From: Rebecca billardiae RCC1528
Taxonomy: Eukaryota; Protista; Haptophyta
DNA: 64,000 bases
Direction: 5' to 3'
Assembly: GCA_965240325.2 (NCBI GenBank)
Contig: OZ251249.1
Coordinates: forward strand, 186,001 to 250,000
Shown here: in pieces, positions 21,553 through 32,887 of the stretch
How positions within the stretch are numbered: position 1 is the first letter of the stretch
Layout of the letters: each line of letters begins with the position of its first letter
Program-made: the position numbers and the translations under genes
The notes under the pieces: model-generated
Databases searched by the model: none
What the model saw: only the letters and a program-made list of their open reading frames with translations
What the model was told of the DNA's origin: nothing

Positions 21553-23184
21553 TCGAGCGTGCCTCGCGCGCGCACCGAGCAGGACGGCCTTGAGCGGCAC
21601 GCGCCAGCCGGGCTGTCGCCACTCCTCGCCGGTCTCGGCGTGCACGACGAGCACCTGCATGCTCGGCGGCGGCACCGTCACCAGCTCCTCCGCATCCTCC
21701 GCCTCCGCCTCCGCCTCCGCCGCCGCCTCGTCGGCCGCAGCGCCGGCGGCGGCGCCGTCGCCGCCGACGGCGGAGGCGGAGGCGGCGGTGGATGGCGTGC
21801 CGGCGGCCGCGCCGGCGGCGGTGGAGGCGGTGGCGGAGGTGGCGGTGGTGAGCGCGGAGGCCTCGGCGTCCGCGCCGGGCGCGCCCGTCGCCCCGCCCTC
21901 CTCCGCCGGCACCACACCGCCCTCCGCCGCGGCCGCGGGCGCGCCCGCGCCGTCGGCGCCGCCGCCCGCCGCCGCCGGCTCCGGCGCGTTCGAAGCTTCG
22001 GGCTCCGAAACTGCATGCAGCACCTCGACGGGCTGGCTGAGCGTGGCCGTGCCGGGGCGGCTCGCCGACGTGGTGGTGGGGCGCGTCGAGCCCGGCCGCG
22101 AGCGCGCGCCGCCGCCGCCGTCCGCGCCGACCGCGGCCGCGCCGCCGGCGGCGCGCGGCGGCGGCGGCGCCGCGCCTCGCTTGCGCCGCGGCAGCGTGAG
22201 ACCGCAGCCGCACCAGTCGCCGGAGCACCAGGGCATGGAGTCCGGGGTGACGCGGCGGCGGACGAGGCGGTGGAGCAGCGCGTCCACGCGCGCGCTCAGC
22301 GCCACGCGCGCGCCCACCAGGTCCCGCGTCGCGAGCGCCGCCGCCGATCGCAGCGGCACGTCTCGAGTGCGCACAAACGCCGTCGGCGCGTTTAGAAACC
22401 AGAGCTTCCCGGAGGAGTCGACGCAGAAGTCGGCGAGAAGGCCGACGAGCTGCACGTGCGCGACGGCCTCGAGGTGGCGCACCACGCGCGCGGCGGCGTC
22501 GGCGGCGGAGCCCTGCAGCGTGCGCGAGCCGATCGCCGACGCCACCGCCGACGACGCAGGGATCTCCGCCGAGTCTGAAATCGCGATCGACCGGCTCGCG
22601 GCCGGCGGCGAGACGCCCGGCGGGTAGGAGAGGGCGAAGGCGGCGGCGCGCGTGTTGCCGTCCTGCCCGACCTCGAGCTGCACGCGCACGCGGTGGCCCG
22701 GCCCCGCGCGCGGCTGGATGTACGACTGCATCTGGAAGAACGACGCCAGCCCCACGCCGGTCGCCATCATCTCAGAATAATCCGTCGGGCTGAGCAAAAA
22801 GCCTTTCACGTCGCCGCCCTTGACGGTGCGGCGCACGCACGCCGCGTACGGCGGCGGCGGGGGCGGCTCGGGCTGCGCGCCGGCGCCGGCGCCGCCGAGC
22901 AGCGCGCCGGCGCCGGAGGGCGAGCCGCCCAGCCCGGGCGGCGCGCCGCGCGGCCTTGCGCCGCCGCCCTCCGCGCCCGCGGCGCGCATCGAGCGCTGCG
23001 CGGCGTCCAGCACGCCCTGGCGCACGCCGAGCACGGTGCACTGCGCGCGCGGCCGCTTGGCCACGTAGCCGCGCCGGTCAGAGCAGAGCCACGCGCGCGG
23101 CTCGCCGTCGCCGAAGAGGATGGTCTCGGGGATGCGCAGCTTGCACGCCTCACCCGTGTCAGGCGCGGGCTGCGCGGAGCGCGG

Positions 23185-23217
<33 letters not shown>

Positions 23218-23497
23218 GGGCGGCGGCGGAGGGGCGAGGCGGGCGGGTGGGCTCGCGGTGAGCACGTGCGCCCCGCCGGCACTCGCGAGGCGCACGCACC
23301 GCGGGGCGGCGCAGCCGCGCGCGCAGATCGCGCGCGGCGTGTCCGCCGGCCGCTCCGACCGGCCGCGGTCCGCCGGCGCGCGCGCGGCGCACCTCGTGCA
23401 GGTGGTTCCAGACCCAGCGGCAGTCGCGCGCCTCGACGGGCACGTCGTCCAGCCCGCGCGGGCCGTCGGCCGGCGCGCGGCGTCGCGTGCCACTCAT
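19741..23497 (-). CDS. Hypothetical protein, multi-exon, with a possible ATP-grasp-like N-domain and split Cys motifs
   Basis: ATG 23497 (MSGTRRR..WNHLHE). Globular blocks LRIPETILF, QMQSYIQP, LLADFCVDSSGKLWFL, WCSGDWC and YR|QRLPLCEAC (intron 21300-20949). Last exon ends at stop 19741. Internal junctions only partly checked. Confidence 0.6.
20967..21064. repeat. (CAG)n/(CTG)n trinucleotide tract of about 30 units, intronic
   Basis: Two pure runs separated by a GGC interruption, within intron 20949-21300. Confidence 0.95.
21492..21552. repeat. (GCGCGG)n hexamer repeat, intronic
   Basis: About 10 units. Confidence 0.92.
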
Positions 23498-23720
23498 CGC
23501 GCCTCGGGTGCGCGGCCGCTCGTTTCCCTGCGCGGGGTGCGCCCCTGGCGAGCCAACAAGCAGCCGGGGCTTGACGCTTCGATAACGATGGCGCTCGTAA
23601 CAGACTTTTGCTACTGATTTTGATTCCGCCACGACTCGGAATTCTCTGCGCGCCAAAACGGCGCGCGGCCGAAAAACCGCACGCGGTTTTTCGCGCTGCT
23701 CACGGTCGTCATCACGGCCG

Positions 23721-25387
23721 TCACGACGTGCCGACCGCGGCGAGGAAGTGGTCGACGTGGCGCTCGGCCATCCCCTGCGCGAGCATCGACGCACGCACCA
23801 CCGCCTTCGCCTCCGCCAGCGCCGCGGCGCGCGCGCCCTTTGCCATCGCCGCGCGCGCGCGCGCCGTCCGCTCCGCCACCGCCGCCTCCTCGGCCGCGCT
23901 CACCGCGTTGAGCTGCGCGAGGGCGAGCCCGGCGCCGCGCGTGGTCTCGTCGAGCGCGGCGCGCTGCGCGACCGCGTCCGCGCGCAGCGCGCCGAGCGAG
24001 CGGCGCAGCAGCCCCAGCCGGCCCATCGCGAGCGCGAGCGAGCCGGCAAGCACTTTCGTCCGGGAGTTTGCCTGCATGGCCTCGGCGCGCGCCGCGCGCA
24101 GCTGGCCGGACAGGCGCTCGATCTCGGCGGGCTGCGCGGCGCCCGCGGGCTCGGCCGGCGGCGCGGGCGGTGGCGCCGCCGCCGCTGGGCGCGGCGGCTC
24201 CTCGCCCGCCTCGCCCGCCCGCCCGGAGCCGGACTGTCCGGCCCCGGACTGCAGCAGCCTCCGGACTTTCGCCTGCGCCTCGTGAAGCCGCCCCGTGAGT
24301 AATTCCACCTTGGCCTCGTGCGAGATCTTGGCGGCGCTCAGCTCGCGCCGCGCGGCGTCGGCCGCGGCGTGCGCGTTCTTGGACAGCGCCGAGAGCTGCG
24401 CCTGCTCCGAGCGCGCAAGCGCGAGCAGCTCCGCCTCGCGCCGCGCCTGCGAGTGCGCGCACGCGCGGTGGGTGGGGGCAAGTCGGCACCGCGCGCGCGC
24501 GCGCGCGCGCAGCGCCCGAGGCGGAGGGGGCGGTGGCACACAGGCCGAGGGAGCCGCCGGTCAGCCAGCCAGGGCGGAGAGGCGCACCATGCACGGCAGC
24601 ACACACACGCACACGCACGCACACACCGCGGCAGGGCGCGCGTGCACGCACGTGCTGCGCGTGCGCCTCCTGCAGCTGCTGCTGGTGCGACAGCTGCATG
24701 GCAGAGAGGCGCACCATGCACGGCAGCACACACACGCACACGCACGCACACACCGCGGCAGGGCGCGCGTGCACGCACGTGCTGCGCGTGCGCCTCCTGC
24801 AGCTGCTGCTGGTGCGACAGCTGCATGGCAGAGAGGCGCACCATGCACGACTCCTGCAGCTGCGCGAGCTGCTGCTGGTGCGCGAGGCCCTTCGCCGCGA
24901 GCCGCTGCTCCGCGCGCCGGATCTCCGCCTCCGCCGCAGCCTCGAGGTGCTCGCGCTCGTCCCGCCGGCCGCCGCCGCCGCCGCCGCCGCCGTCCTCCGG
25001 CGCAGCGCCGCCGATCGCGGCGCGCTCGAGCGCGAGCCGCGCGCGCTCGGCCTCGGCGCGCGCGCGCTCGGTCTCCTCGCGCGCGAGCGTGAGCTCGGCG
25101 CCCAGCTGCGCCAGCCGGTGCGCGTGGTGCTCGCGCAGCTGCGCCGCCTCGTCCTCCTTGCGCGAGAGCGCGGTCCGCTTTTCAAACGCGTGCCGCTCCG
25201 CGTCCGCGAGCGCGCGCGCGCGCTGGCGCTCGAGCTCGGCGTGCGCCTCGACGAGCTGCGCGCGGAGGGAGCCGATGTCCGTGTCCGGCGCGTACACGCC
25301 GCCCGTGCTCGCGCGCCGCGGGATCGCGCCGTCCGCGCCCGCCTTGACCGCGGGCCGGGTCGGCGCCATCGCGCCCAGGTGCAGCAT
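23721..25387 (-). CDS. Coiled-coil protein, two exons
   Basis: E/A/R/Q/L-rich heptads (LRAQLVEAHAELERQRARAL..). Donor 24778, acceptor 24447, stop 23721. Start ATG uncertain (25387 or 25369). Confidence 0.7.
24577..24849. repeat. 127-bp tandem duplication spanning an exon end and 5' splice site
   Basis: Unit starts GAGAGGCGCACCATGCACG at 24577, 24704 and 24831. Confidence 0.95.
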
Positions 25388-25654
25388 GCCCTCGCGTCTA
25401 ACCGCCGCCCGGCGGCCCGACGAAAACGCCGCACAGCATGCGATTTCGACGTCCAGAAGACGGGATGAAAAATCAAAACCCCGGCCGCGCATGTTTTGCG
25501 AGTTGCGACGAATCAAACAATGACGATGGCCAGGCTGAGGCCCGGGCCGTGACGAGGAGTGGGCGCTCGCGGCGGCTCGCCTAGCTCGCCGTGTGCGCGC
25601 GACCCTCCGTGCGCGCCACGGCGTGTGCCGTGACGCCCGTGCACGCTCGGCGCG

Positions 25655-28600
25655 CTACAGCACGTCCGACGCCCGCGATGTTCGGACGCCGACGCTCGCG
25701 CGGCGGCCGCCGCCGCCGCCCAGCGCCGGCGGCTGCGCCGGCGACTGCGCGGCGGCGGCGGCCGGCGCTGGCGGCGCGGTCGCCGGCGTCGCCTTCTTGT
25801 CCACGCTCAACACCGCGACCGCCCCCGCCGCGCGCCACGTGCGCCGCCCCGCCGCGGGCGAGCTCGCGAGCACGTTGGCCAGCCGCTCGCGCCGGCGCAT
25901 CGCCATCGTCTCGCGTCTCTCGTGCATCTCAATCTGCATACGGCGCATGTCGGAGCGCAGCTTGAGCTCGGCCTGCTGCTTGGACTTGAGCGCGTTGGTC
26001 ACCTGCTGCGTCTTCTGCGCCATCGCGAATCGCTCGCCGATCCCCGGCAGCAGCGCGTAGAGAGAATCGAAATGGAAGGGCGGCAGGTCGAGAAACCTGC
26101 GGGCGGCGGCAGCCGTTCGCAGCGGCGGCGGCAGCAGCAGCGGGCAGCGGGCAGCAGGAGCGCGGCGCGCGCGCGGGGCGGGGCACGGGGCACATGCAGG
26201 CAGGCAGGCAGGAGGGGGCGGCGGCGGCGGCGGGCGGGGCACGGTGCGCGCAGCGGTCAGACGCCGCGCGACGCCCACGGCTCGAGCCGCGCGCGCCCAG
26301 CCCTGCCCGCCCAGCAGCCGCCGCCGCCAGGCCCGTCGCCATGCTCCCCTCCGCAAACGCCGCCGCGCTGTCCGCGCGCCGAGCGCCGCGCGCGCACCAG
26401 CTCGGCTCGGCGCTGACGATGTGCGCCTTGCGCGGGTCGAACTTGAGGCTGCCGTTGCGCAGCCATGAGAGCAGCCCGCCCTCGCCAAAGTGCTTGTACG
26501 GCGAGTGCGTCTGCATCCCGCCGACCACGAGCCGCGTCGGCTTGGGCGGCGGCTCGGTGAGCGTCGCGCCACCGTCGGACATGCGCCGCACCGACTTGCG
26601 GATGCTGCGCCGCTGGCTGCTGCGCCGGCCCATCCGCCCCGCATCGGGCGGCGGCATGATCTCCACCACCGCCTCGACCGAGCCGCACGCCAGCGTGTAC
26701 AGGTTGCCGTCCGTGTTGCCCTGCCGCACGATCGTCACGTTTGCGGGGACGGCGACGAAGCGGAAGAGGCTGGCGATCGCGCGGAGCTTGGCGTCCGGCA
26801 GGTCGCGGAAGACGGAGAGCGAGTTCGGCACGTCGGGGTCGAGCAGCCGCACGTTCGCCGTGATCCGCGCCGCCTCGCGCACCGAGTGCGGCAGCTGCTC
26901 GCTCGGCACGCAGATCACGACGAGCGGCTCGAGGCACGAGGCCGTCTCGGCGCGGCGCCTGTCGGACACCTGCGCGTCCGACGCGGCGCCCTCGACGCCG
27001 ACGTACGCGCGCGAGCGGCCGGGCAGGAGGCCCAGGCCGCGCGGCGCGTGCACGTGCCGCACGGTGTCGTCGTAGCCGACCAGCCGCACCGTGCCCTCGA
27101 CGACGAGGTAGAGCGGCGAGCCGTGCGCGCTCGTGCCCTGGCGGTACAGCGTCGTGTACCGGTCGGCCACCTTGGCGCGCGCGAACGCGCAGATCGAGTC
27201 GAGCTCGTCCTCGGTGCAGCTCTCGAAGAGCGCGCACGCGTGCACGTAGCGCTGCACGTCGACGGCCTCGGCGGCGAGCGCGTGCACCAGCGCGCGGCGC
27301 AGCCGCTTCGAGTGGAACAGCGCGCGCAGCCGGCGCCAGCCCCGCGACAGCTCGTGCGCGCGGTGCGAGGCGCGCTCCGCCGACGAGTGCGAGGAGGAGC
27401 CCGCGGGCGTCTCCCCCTCGTGCTCGCCGAGCGCGCCGAGGGCGGGTTCCGCCCCGCGCAGGGAGGCGAGCCGGGCGCGCGGCGTCTCGCCCCAGCCCTC
27501 TGGCAGCGCGGGCTGCTGCCGCGGCATAATCGCCACTGCGGCGCGGACGTCAGACACGCTGAAACGCGACTCGCGCCCGCGGCTCCTGCCGCGCTGCTGC
27601 CGGCGGGTTGGCGACGGCGAGCCGGCCGGCGTCGCTCCGCCCGCGCCCTCGGCGATGCCGACGACCGAGAGGCGCCCCGGGGGCGAGGGCGAGCGCGAAG
27701 CGCGCACGCTGCGCCGGCGGCTCACTGGCGTCGCCGCGTCTGACGCGCGGTAATCAGAGTCCTCGGCAGCGAGTTGCTCGTCGAGGGTCACCGTCGGGGC
27801 GCCCTCCGGTACGCTCATGCCGGCAAAGAAGGGCCCCGCCGAGCTCGCCGCGGACGCCCTTGACGACGGCGGCAGCGTAGTGCCCAAGCCGCTGGCCCGC
27901 GTCGATGACGCCGCCAGCATCCCGCCCGCGGACGATGCGCGCGCCTGGCCGCAGGCATGCTCCATGCTTGGCGGTTGCTGCACGACCTGCACGGACGGCA
28001 CCTGCATGCCGGCTGATGGCCGCCCGTGGGCGGGCATCGGTGCGAGTGGCATCGCGCCCAACGCCGGTGCGCTGTGCGGCCGGGACACCGCCATCATCAC
28101 CGGCGCCGTGTTGGCCCGCCCCAGGTGGGCGGCGCCCTGCTGCTCGCGCGTACGGTCCACGAGCTCAAATGCGTACGGCACGGTCGACTTGAGCCCTTGG
28201 CGCAGCCCGGCGCGGGTGCTGCCGGGTGCGCCCCACGGCAGGTGAGAGGAAGCCGTCGGGCCGTAGCGCGCGTCCGCGCGCGAGTCCGTCAGGCGGAGGA
28301 TGGGCTCGTGCCGCTCGTGCCGCGCGTGCCGCTGCGCGCCGCGCGCGCTGCCGCTCGGCTGACCGGCCGACAGGCTCTTTGCGGCGGAGGCGTTGGGGAT
28401 GGCGCCCGGGCGAGACGGCTCGCCAAAGGCTTCACGCCCGCGCTTTTCAAAGACCAGCGGCGGCACCGTGATCTGCGCCTGCCCGAGCTGGGTGTCCGTC
28501 GACGTCAGCGGCGGCGCGCCTGCCGTGCTCGGCCGGCCGTCGTGTGCGCGGCTCGTCGTCAGCGCATGCTGCGCGGCTGGCCGGGTCGTGCTGGGCAGGC

Positions 28601-28745
28601 GGGCATCGGGCGAGTCGTAGTTGCGGCGCCGGTCGGCTCGGCGCGCGCCCGCCGTGTACGGCCGCAGCTCTGAGCGCGCCTCGCTCACCGCCGAGCTCAG
28701 CGGTGTCGACGGCGACGCGGCGATCGCTGACAACGTCAACGCCAT
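25655..28745 (-). CDS. Protein with two cyclic-nucleotide-binding (cNMP)-like domains and a long disordered N-terminus
   Basis: LFESCTEDEL..LYRQG..LYLVVEGTV..RRAETASC and VFRDLPDAKL..IVRQGNTDGNLYTLACGSV..FGEGGLL..RKAHIVS. Intron 26397-26097; stop 25655. First ATG is 28745 but the frame is open to 28943. Confidence 0.82.
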
Positions 28746-29902
28746 CGCTTGGCCCACAGCGGCGTGATGATGCACGCCTCCGCTGGCTGCGCTCCTACAG
28801 AAAGCCAAAAGGCTGTCCTGCAGAATCTTCAATCTGCGACGGTCGTACTCATCGTCCAGGCGTCGTGAAGAGTCGTAACAGCTGATTGCCGGTCCGGGCG
28901 CCGGCGCGGGGGCGCTCGCCAGGACACTCCTGACTCCACCCAAAGACTACAGGCAATCGCGGCGGGCAATAAGAAGTCAGAGATCTCACGGTTAGTCTCA
29001 GTTTCTTAGCCGTTCGGTAGCCCGAGCGCCTACGGAGTCTGAGTTCCTTAGCTAGGTCCGCCCGCCGCGCAGGCGCGGGGGGCGCGGCCAGGGGGGCTGA
29101 GGCCGACGAATTTTTTTGGGCCATTTTGGAGCAATAAATCTGCTGGCATGATGTAGTCATGGATGCTGCGGTGCACTGGCCAGGAGTCAGTCATCAGGAG
29201 AAGTCGGGACTTGGCAGCCTGTACTCGTACAGTAGAGTCGGGCCGCGCGCCGCGTGAGCGTCCCACTGGCACTGCGCCTCGGCGGACCACTCGTCAGCCG
29301 CGACGACGTAGTCCCTGTAACTTCTTAGTGTGACTATGCGTATAGCGAACCAGCCAATCGCTAGTCTCAGTGTCTAGGCTAGATCCGCAGATAGGAAGCC
29401 CCAGTGTGTTAACGTGACAGCTCCCTGTTGCCCGCGATTGCAGCCTGTAGTTAGCTCCTGAGGCCCCGGTCCTCCCGCGGCCCAGCGCCCCGGCGAGCGG
29501 GCGCAAGTGGTCAGGCCCGTGCTGCCGACTGCAGGTCATAATGACGATGAGCTCTCTGACTATATATCAGATCGAACACTGATGATGTCATCATTGATGA
29601 TGTCGTCGGCATTGGCCGTTTGCGCATGCTGACGCCTGGCCGGCGCGACAACGGCCGGGCACCGATGTCATCGACACAGCTGTCAGCTGACTGAAGATTA
29701 AGCAGCAGATGACAGCAGTGCCATAACTCATAAGATGCTGAGCGGGCGCCGGCGCGGGTGCCATGCAGGTGCCACACGGGCACAGCGCCTCCGAGTCCGT
29801 CTTGAGTGATCTTGGACTTGGAGTCGTCCCAGATTGGCATGCATCAGCTGTCCGTAAAGTCTGGCATGCCCGTGACGCCCGTGGCTGGTGCCTGTTCATC
29901 AT

Positions 29903-30740
29903 TCAGTGCGGCAATGCTGGCTGCTGGCGGCGGTGGCTAAGATTGAGAACAGTAGTGCCAGCACTCGCCAATGAAAGCAGTGCCGCTCCGACAGCAAGCC
30001 CTGCCAGCACAACGACGGCATCATCGACTGCTCGCGTAGGCACGCCAACAGCAGGCAGCCAGTCGGCAGCAACGTCGCTCATGAATGCGTCTGCTGCATC
30101 ATCGTAGCCAGCAAGCGCGCGGGTCCCGTGCAGGCTGTCTGTAGTAGTAGTCTTGGTCGTCACAGCGCCGTCGCCATGGCAGATGCCGAGCAGTCGACAC
30201 GGTAGCTTCGTCACGCTCAGCCGCAGCAGCGACCCCATGGCCTGCGCATCAAGCGCAAGGCGGCGTATTGCATGCGCCGCGCAAGGATGGTCAGCGAATT
30301 AGAATCACTTCGGAGGCGTGCGCGCGTGAGTGTGTAGATGATCAGGCGCGGCATGCTCGTGTGAGGCGCGCGCAGTCGTTCGCACGCTGGCAGCGCTGCC
30401 GTGGGCGGTAGGCTTTTTGTTCGTTCGCGCGCACCGTATACCGGCAGATTGTTCCGCACTTAGGCGGCGGCGGAGGAGGAGCAGGCGGTGGGCTTGGGGG
30501 CGGCGACGGCGGCGGCGGCGGCGGCGGCGGCGGCGACGGCGGAGGTGGGCTTGGGGGCGGCGACGGCGGCGGCGGCGGCGGCGGTGGCGGCGACGGTGGA
30601 GGCGGGCTTGGGGGCGGCGGCGACGGCGGAGGTGGGCTTGGGGGCGGCGACGGCGGCGGCGGCGGCGGGGGCGCGGGATTGACAGGACCAGACAATGCGA
30701 ACGGTGGCGCACATCCGACGAGAAGCAGGGCGATTGCCAT
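29903..30740 (-). CDS. Small Ser-Pro-rich secreted/type I membrane protein, two exons
   Basis: ATG 30740 MAIALLLVGCAPPFALSG, then an SPPP repeat and ..CGTICRYT|AMGSLL.. joined in phase by intron 30434-30242 (GTGCGCGCG..GCGCAG). Hydrophobic segment AVVVLAGLAVGAALLSLA. Stop 29903. Confidence 0.6.
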
Positions 30741-31251
30741 GGGGCGGCTCGCGCCGCAGGCGGGGCTGTGACACTGCATGCCGAGTGGGCGAGGAGTTCC
30801 TGCGCCGGCTGCGCTGCACGCGCACTTCGCCGTCGCCTTCCAAGGCCGCACTCTGAACTCTGCGGCGGTCCTTGCGGCGCTGGGCCTGGCAGTACCCAGG
30901 GCCTATCAAGCGGGCGGGTTGAGAACCCCCTTGATGAGATCGAAGGCGACGAGAAGATTTTTACGACTGATAATGATGATATGATGGTCGTCGTTATCAT
31001 CATAATCATGATGAATTCATGGTTGCTAACTATAAGTACTGCTGGGCGATGAATCGATGCTTGCGAAGGCACCCGCAGGCCGCAGTTTGGTACCCGGGTC
31101 CCGGCGCCCGGCGGGTGTACTGTACATCTGCAGGGCAGGGTACTTTAGTAGTGATGAGTGCGCGCTGATTAATAGCGCGCTCACTCGTCGCGATTGGCGG
31201 GCCGTAAGCGGTAAGAGCGCGCGGGTCTCCCGATGCGTACTGACGCACAGC

Positions 31252-31984
31252 CAAGGGCGCACAACAGTCAACACTGATTATTCGTCTATGATTTAACGAC
31301 AGCACAGCTAGGACGACGCAGGTCTCCGCCTGATTCGTCGGCGGCAGTGCCCGATCGTCAACACGAAAGCGGCGTTGGTGGCAGAGCATAGCCGTCCGGT
31401 TCAACGCGCGCGCGCGCCTCGGTAGGCGGCGCAGCAGCTGCACTTCCTGCCGACCGCCGTGTACGAGGTGCTCGGCGCAACCTTCCCCGACGGGCGCGCG
31501 TGGATCCTCGCCGAGGCGGAGCTCGAGGGCGCCTTCACCAAGTGGAACAACAAGTGAGTTTCAACAACGCGGGCGCGGTGCGCGAGACAGGGCCGGCAGG
31601 CCTCGGCGCAATCGGCGAGGACGAGGAGGGCGAGGAGGGCGAGGCTAACCGCGGCGCAGGCGCGAGCGGCACGGAGCACGTGCCACAGTGCTTCAGCCAC
31701 TTCCGCTGGTCGGTGTCGGACGGCGACGTGCTTGTGTGCAACCTGCAGGGGCGCAGGGCGTGTGGAACGACGAGGACGACGGCTACTTGCTCACCGACCC
31801 GGCGATGCACCGCGCCCCCCGCGGAGGGCGGCGACAGCGCGGCGCGACCGACAAGGGCGCCGAGGGCATCGCCAACTTCTTCCGCACGCACCGCTGCAGC
31901 GAGCTTTGCGCTGAGCTCGGCCTCGAGCCGTACGCGCCGCGCAGTGCCAGTGGCGCGCAGGAATGAGCACGCGCCGCGACCTTG
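31252..31984. mobile_element. Putative Pack-type non-autonomous element (CAAGG termini, 7-bp TSD) carrying an alpha-kinase fragment
   Basis: Left CAAGGGCGC versus reverse-complemented right CAAGGTCGC (8/9). Flanks GCACAGC (31245-31251) and GCAGAGC (31985-31991), 6/7 match. Confidence 0.5.
31381..31966 (+). pseudogene. Alpha-kinase (eEF2K/MHCK family) C-terminal fragment, frameshifted
   Basis: RFN..QLHF..WILAEAELEGAFTKWNN / NAG..PQCFSHF.W..LVCNLQG / VWN..YLLTDPAMH..TDKGAEGIANFFRTHRCSELC..LGL*. Frameshifts at about 31552-31565 and 31745-31752; no N-terminal part. Confidence 0.9.
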
Positions 31985-32887
31985 GCAGAGCAGCAGCGAC
32001 GACCGCCGTCACTCGCCGTGGCGGCCCGCCGATATGTGATGATGACGATCGTCGCGAATGGCGGGCCGTTGGTCCGCCCCTTGTAGTGCCCGGGGAAAAG
32101 GTAAGAAAAAGAAATGGAAAAATAAAATCGCCTGGCAAAGAAAAGAAAATCGCTTCGCTCACCACCGGGCGCCCTCGCAGCTCCCACTGGGGACGCTCGG
32201 CCGAAAAAGAGTTGCGTCATGGCGCGGAGCGCGTGGGCGGCGCGCGCCAAATCCAACGTCGGCGCGGACATCGCGCGATGATTCCCGAGACGTGTTTTCG
32301 CCCGATTCGCGATTGCTGCCCTCGTCGTCTCGCGTGCAGGTCGAATGGGGGCCAAAGTCGCCCGCGTTTGGAGGTACGCTCGGCGCGTCGACACGATCGT
32401 GCGACCTGGGGCGGTCGTCGCCCGACTTGCACGTCGAGCGCTCGCACGGGCTATAGCATCAAGCGCTGCGCACGACAACCACCTCGCGCGATCCACCGCC
32501 GCGCGTCGAGCTCGGTGCGGAAAGGCCCTCATCACGAGGTGTCTCGCGGGCGGGAAGCGCCATCGCACGCGACGCAAGATTGGCGCGCCTTCTTGAACTC
32601 GATCGCCGGAATCCGCGCGCCGGACTGTCGCTCGCGGAGTCGCGGTCCCTCAGCCGAAGCCCACGTCCGGCGTGCACGGTGGCGTCGACGGTGACCAATG
32701 CGACGGAAGCGCAGCGCCAACGGCGTACGACGCGCAGCGGGCGCACCTCCCGGGTCTGTCGCCGTGGCAGCAACCGCGTCTTCGCGTGTTGGCGACCCTC
32801 GCCGCAGCGCGACACAGACAAGCCCGTGATGCCATCCGCAGAGAGATGAATCGTCGAGCATGCAACATCGACGCGCCATCCTCGTCC

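Noticed and set aside
31554-31589. GTGAGT...ACAG as a micro-intron rescuing the alpha-kinase
   Set aside because: Splicing would delete the conserved NAG segment and leave the wrong frame; the second frameshift and the Asp-to-Asn change remain.
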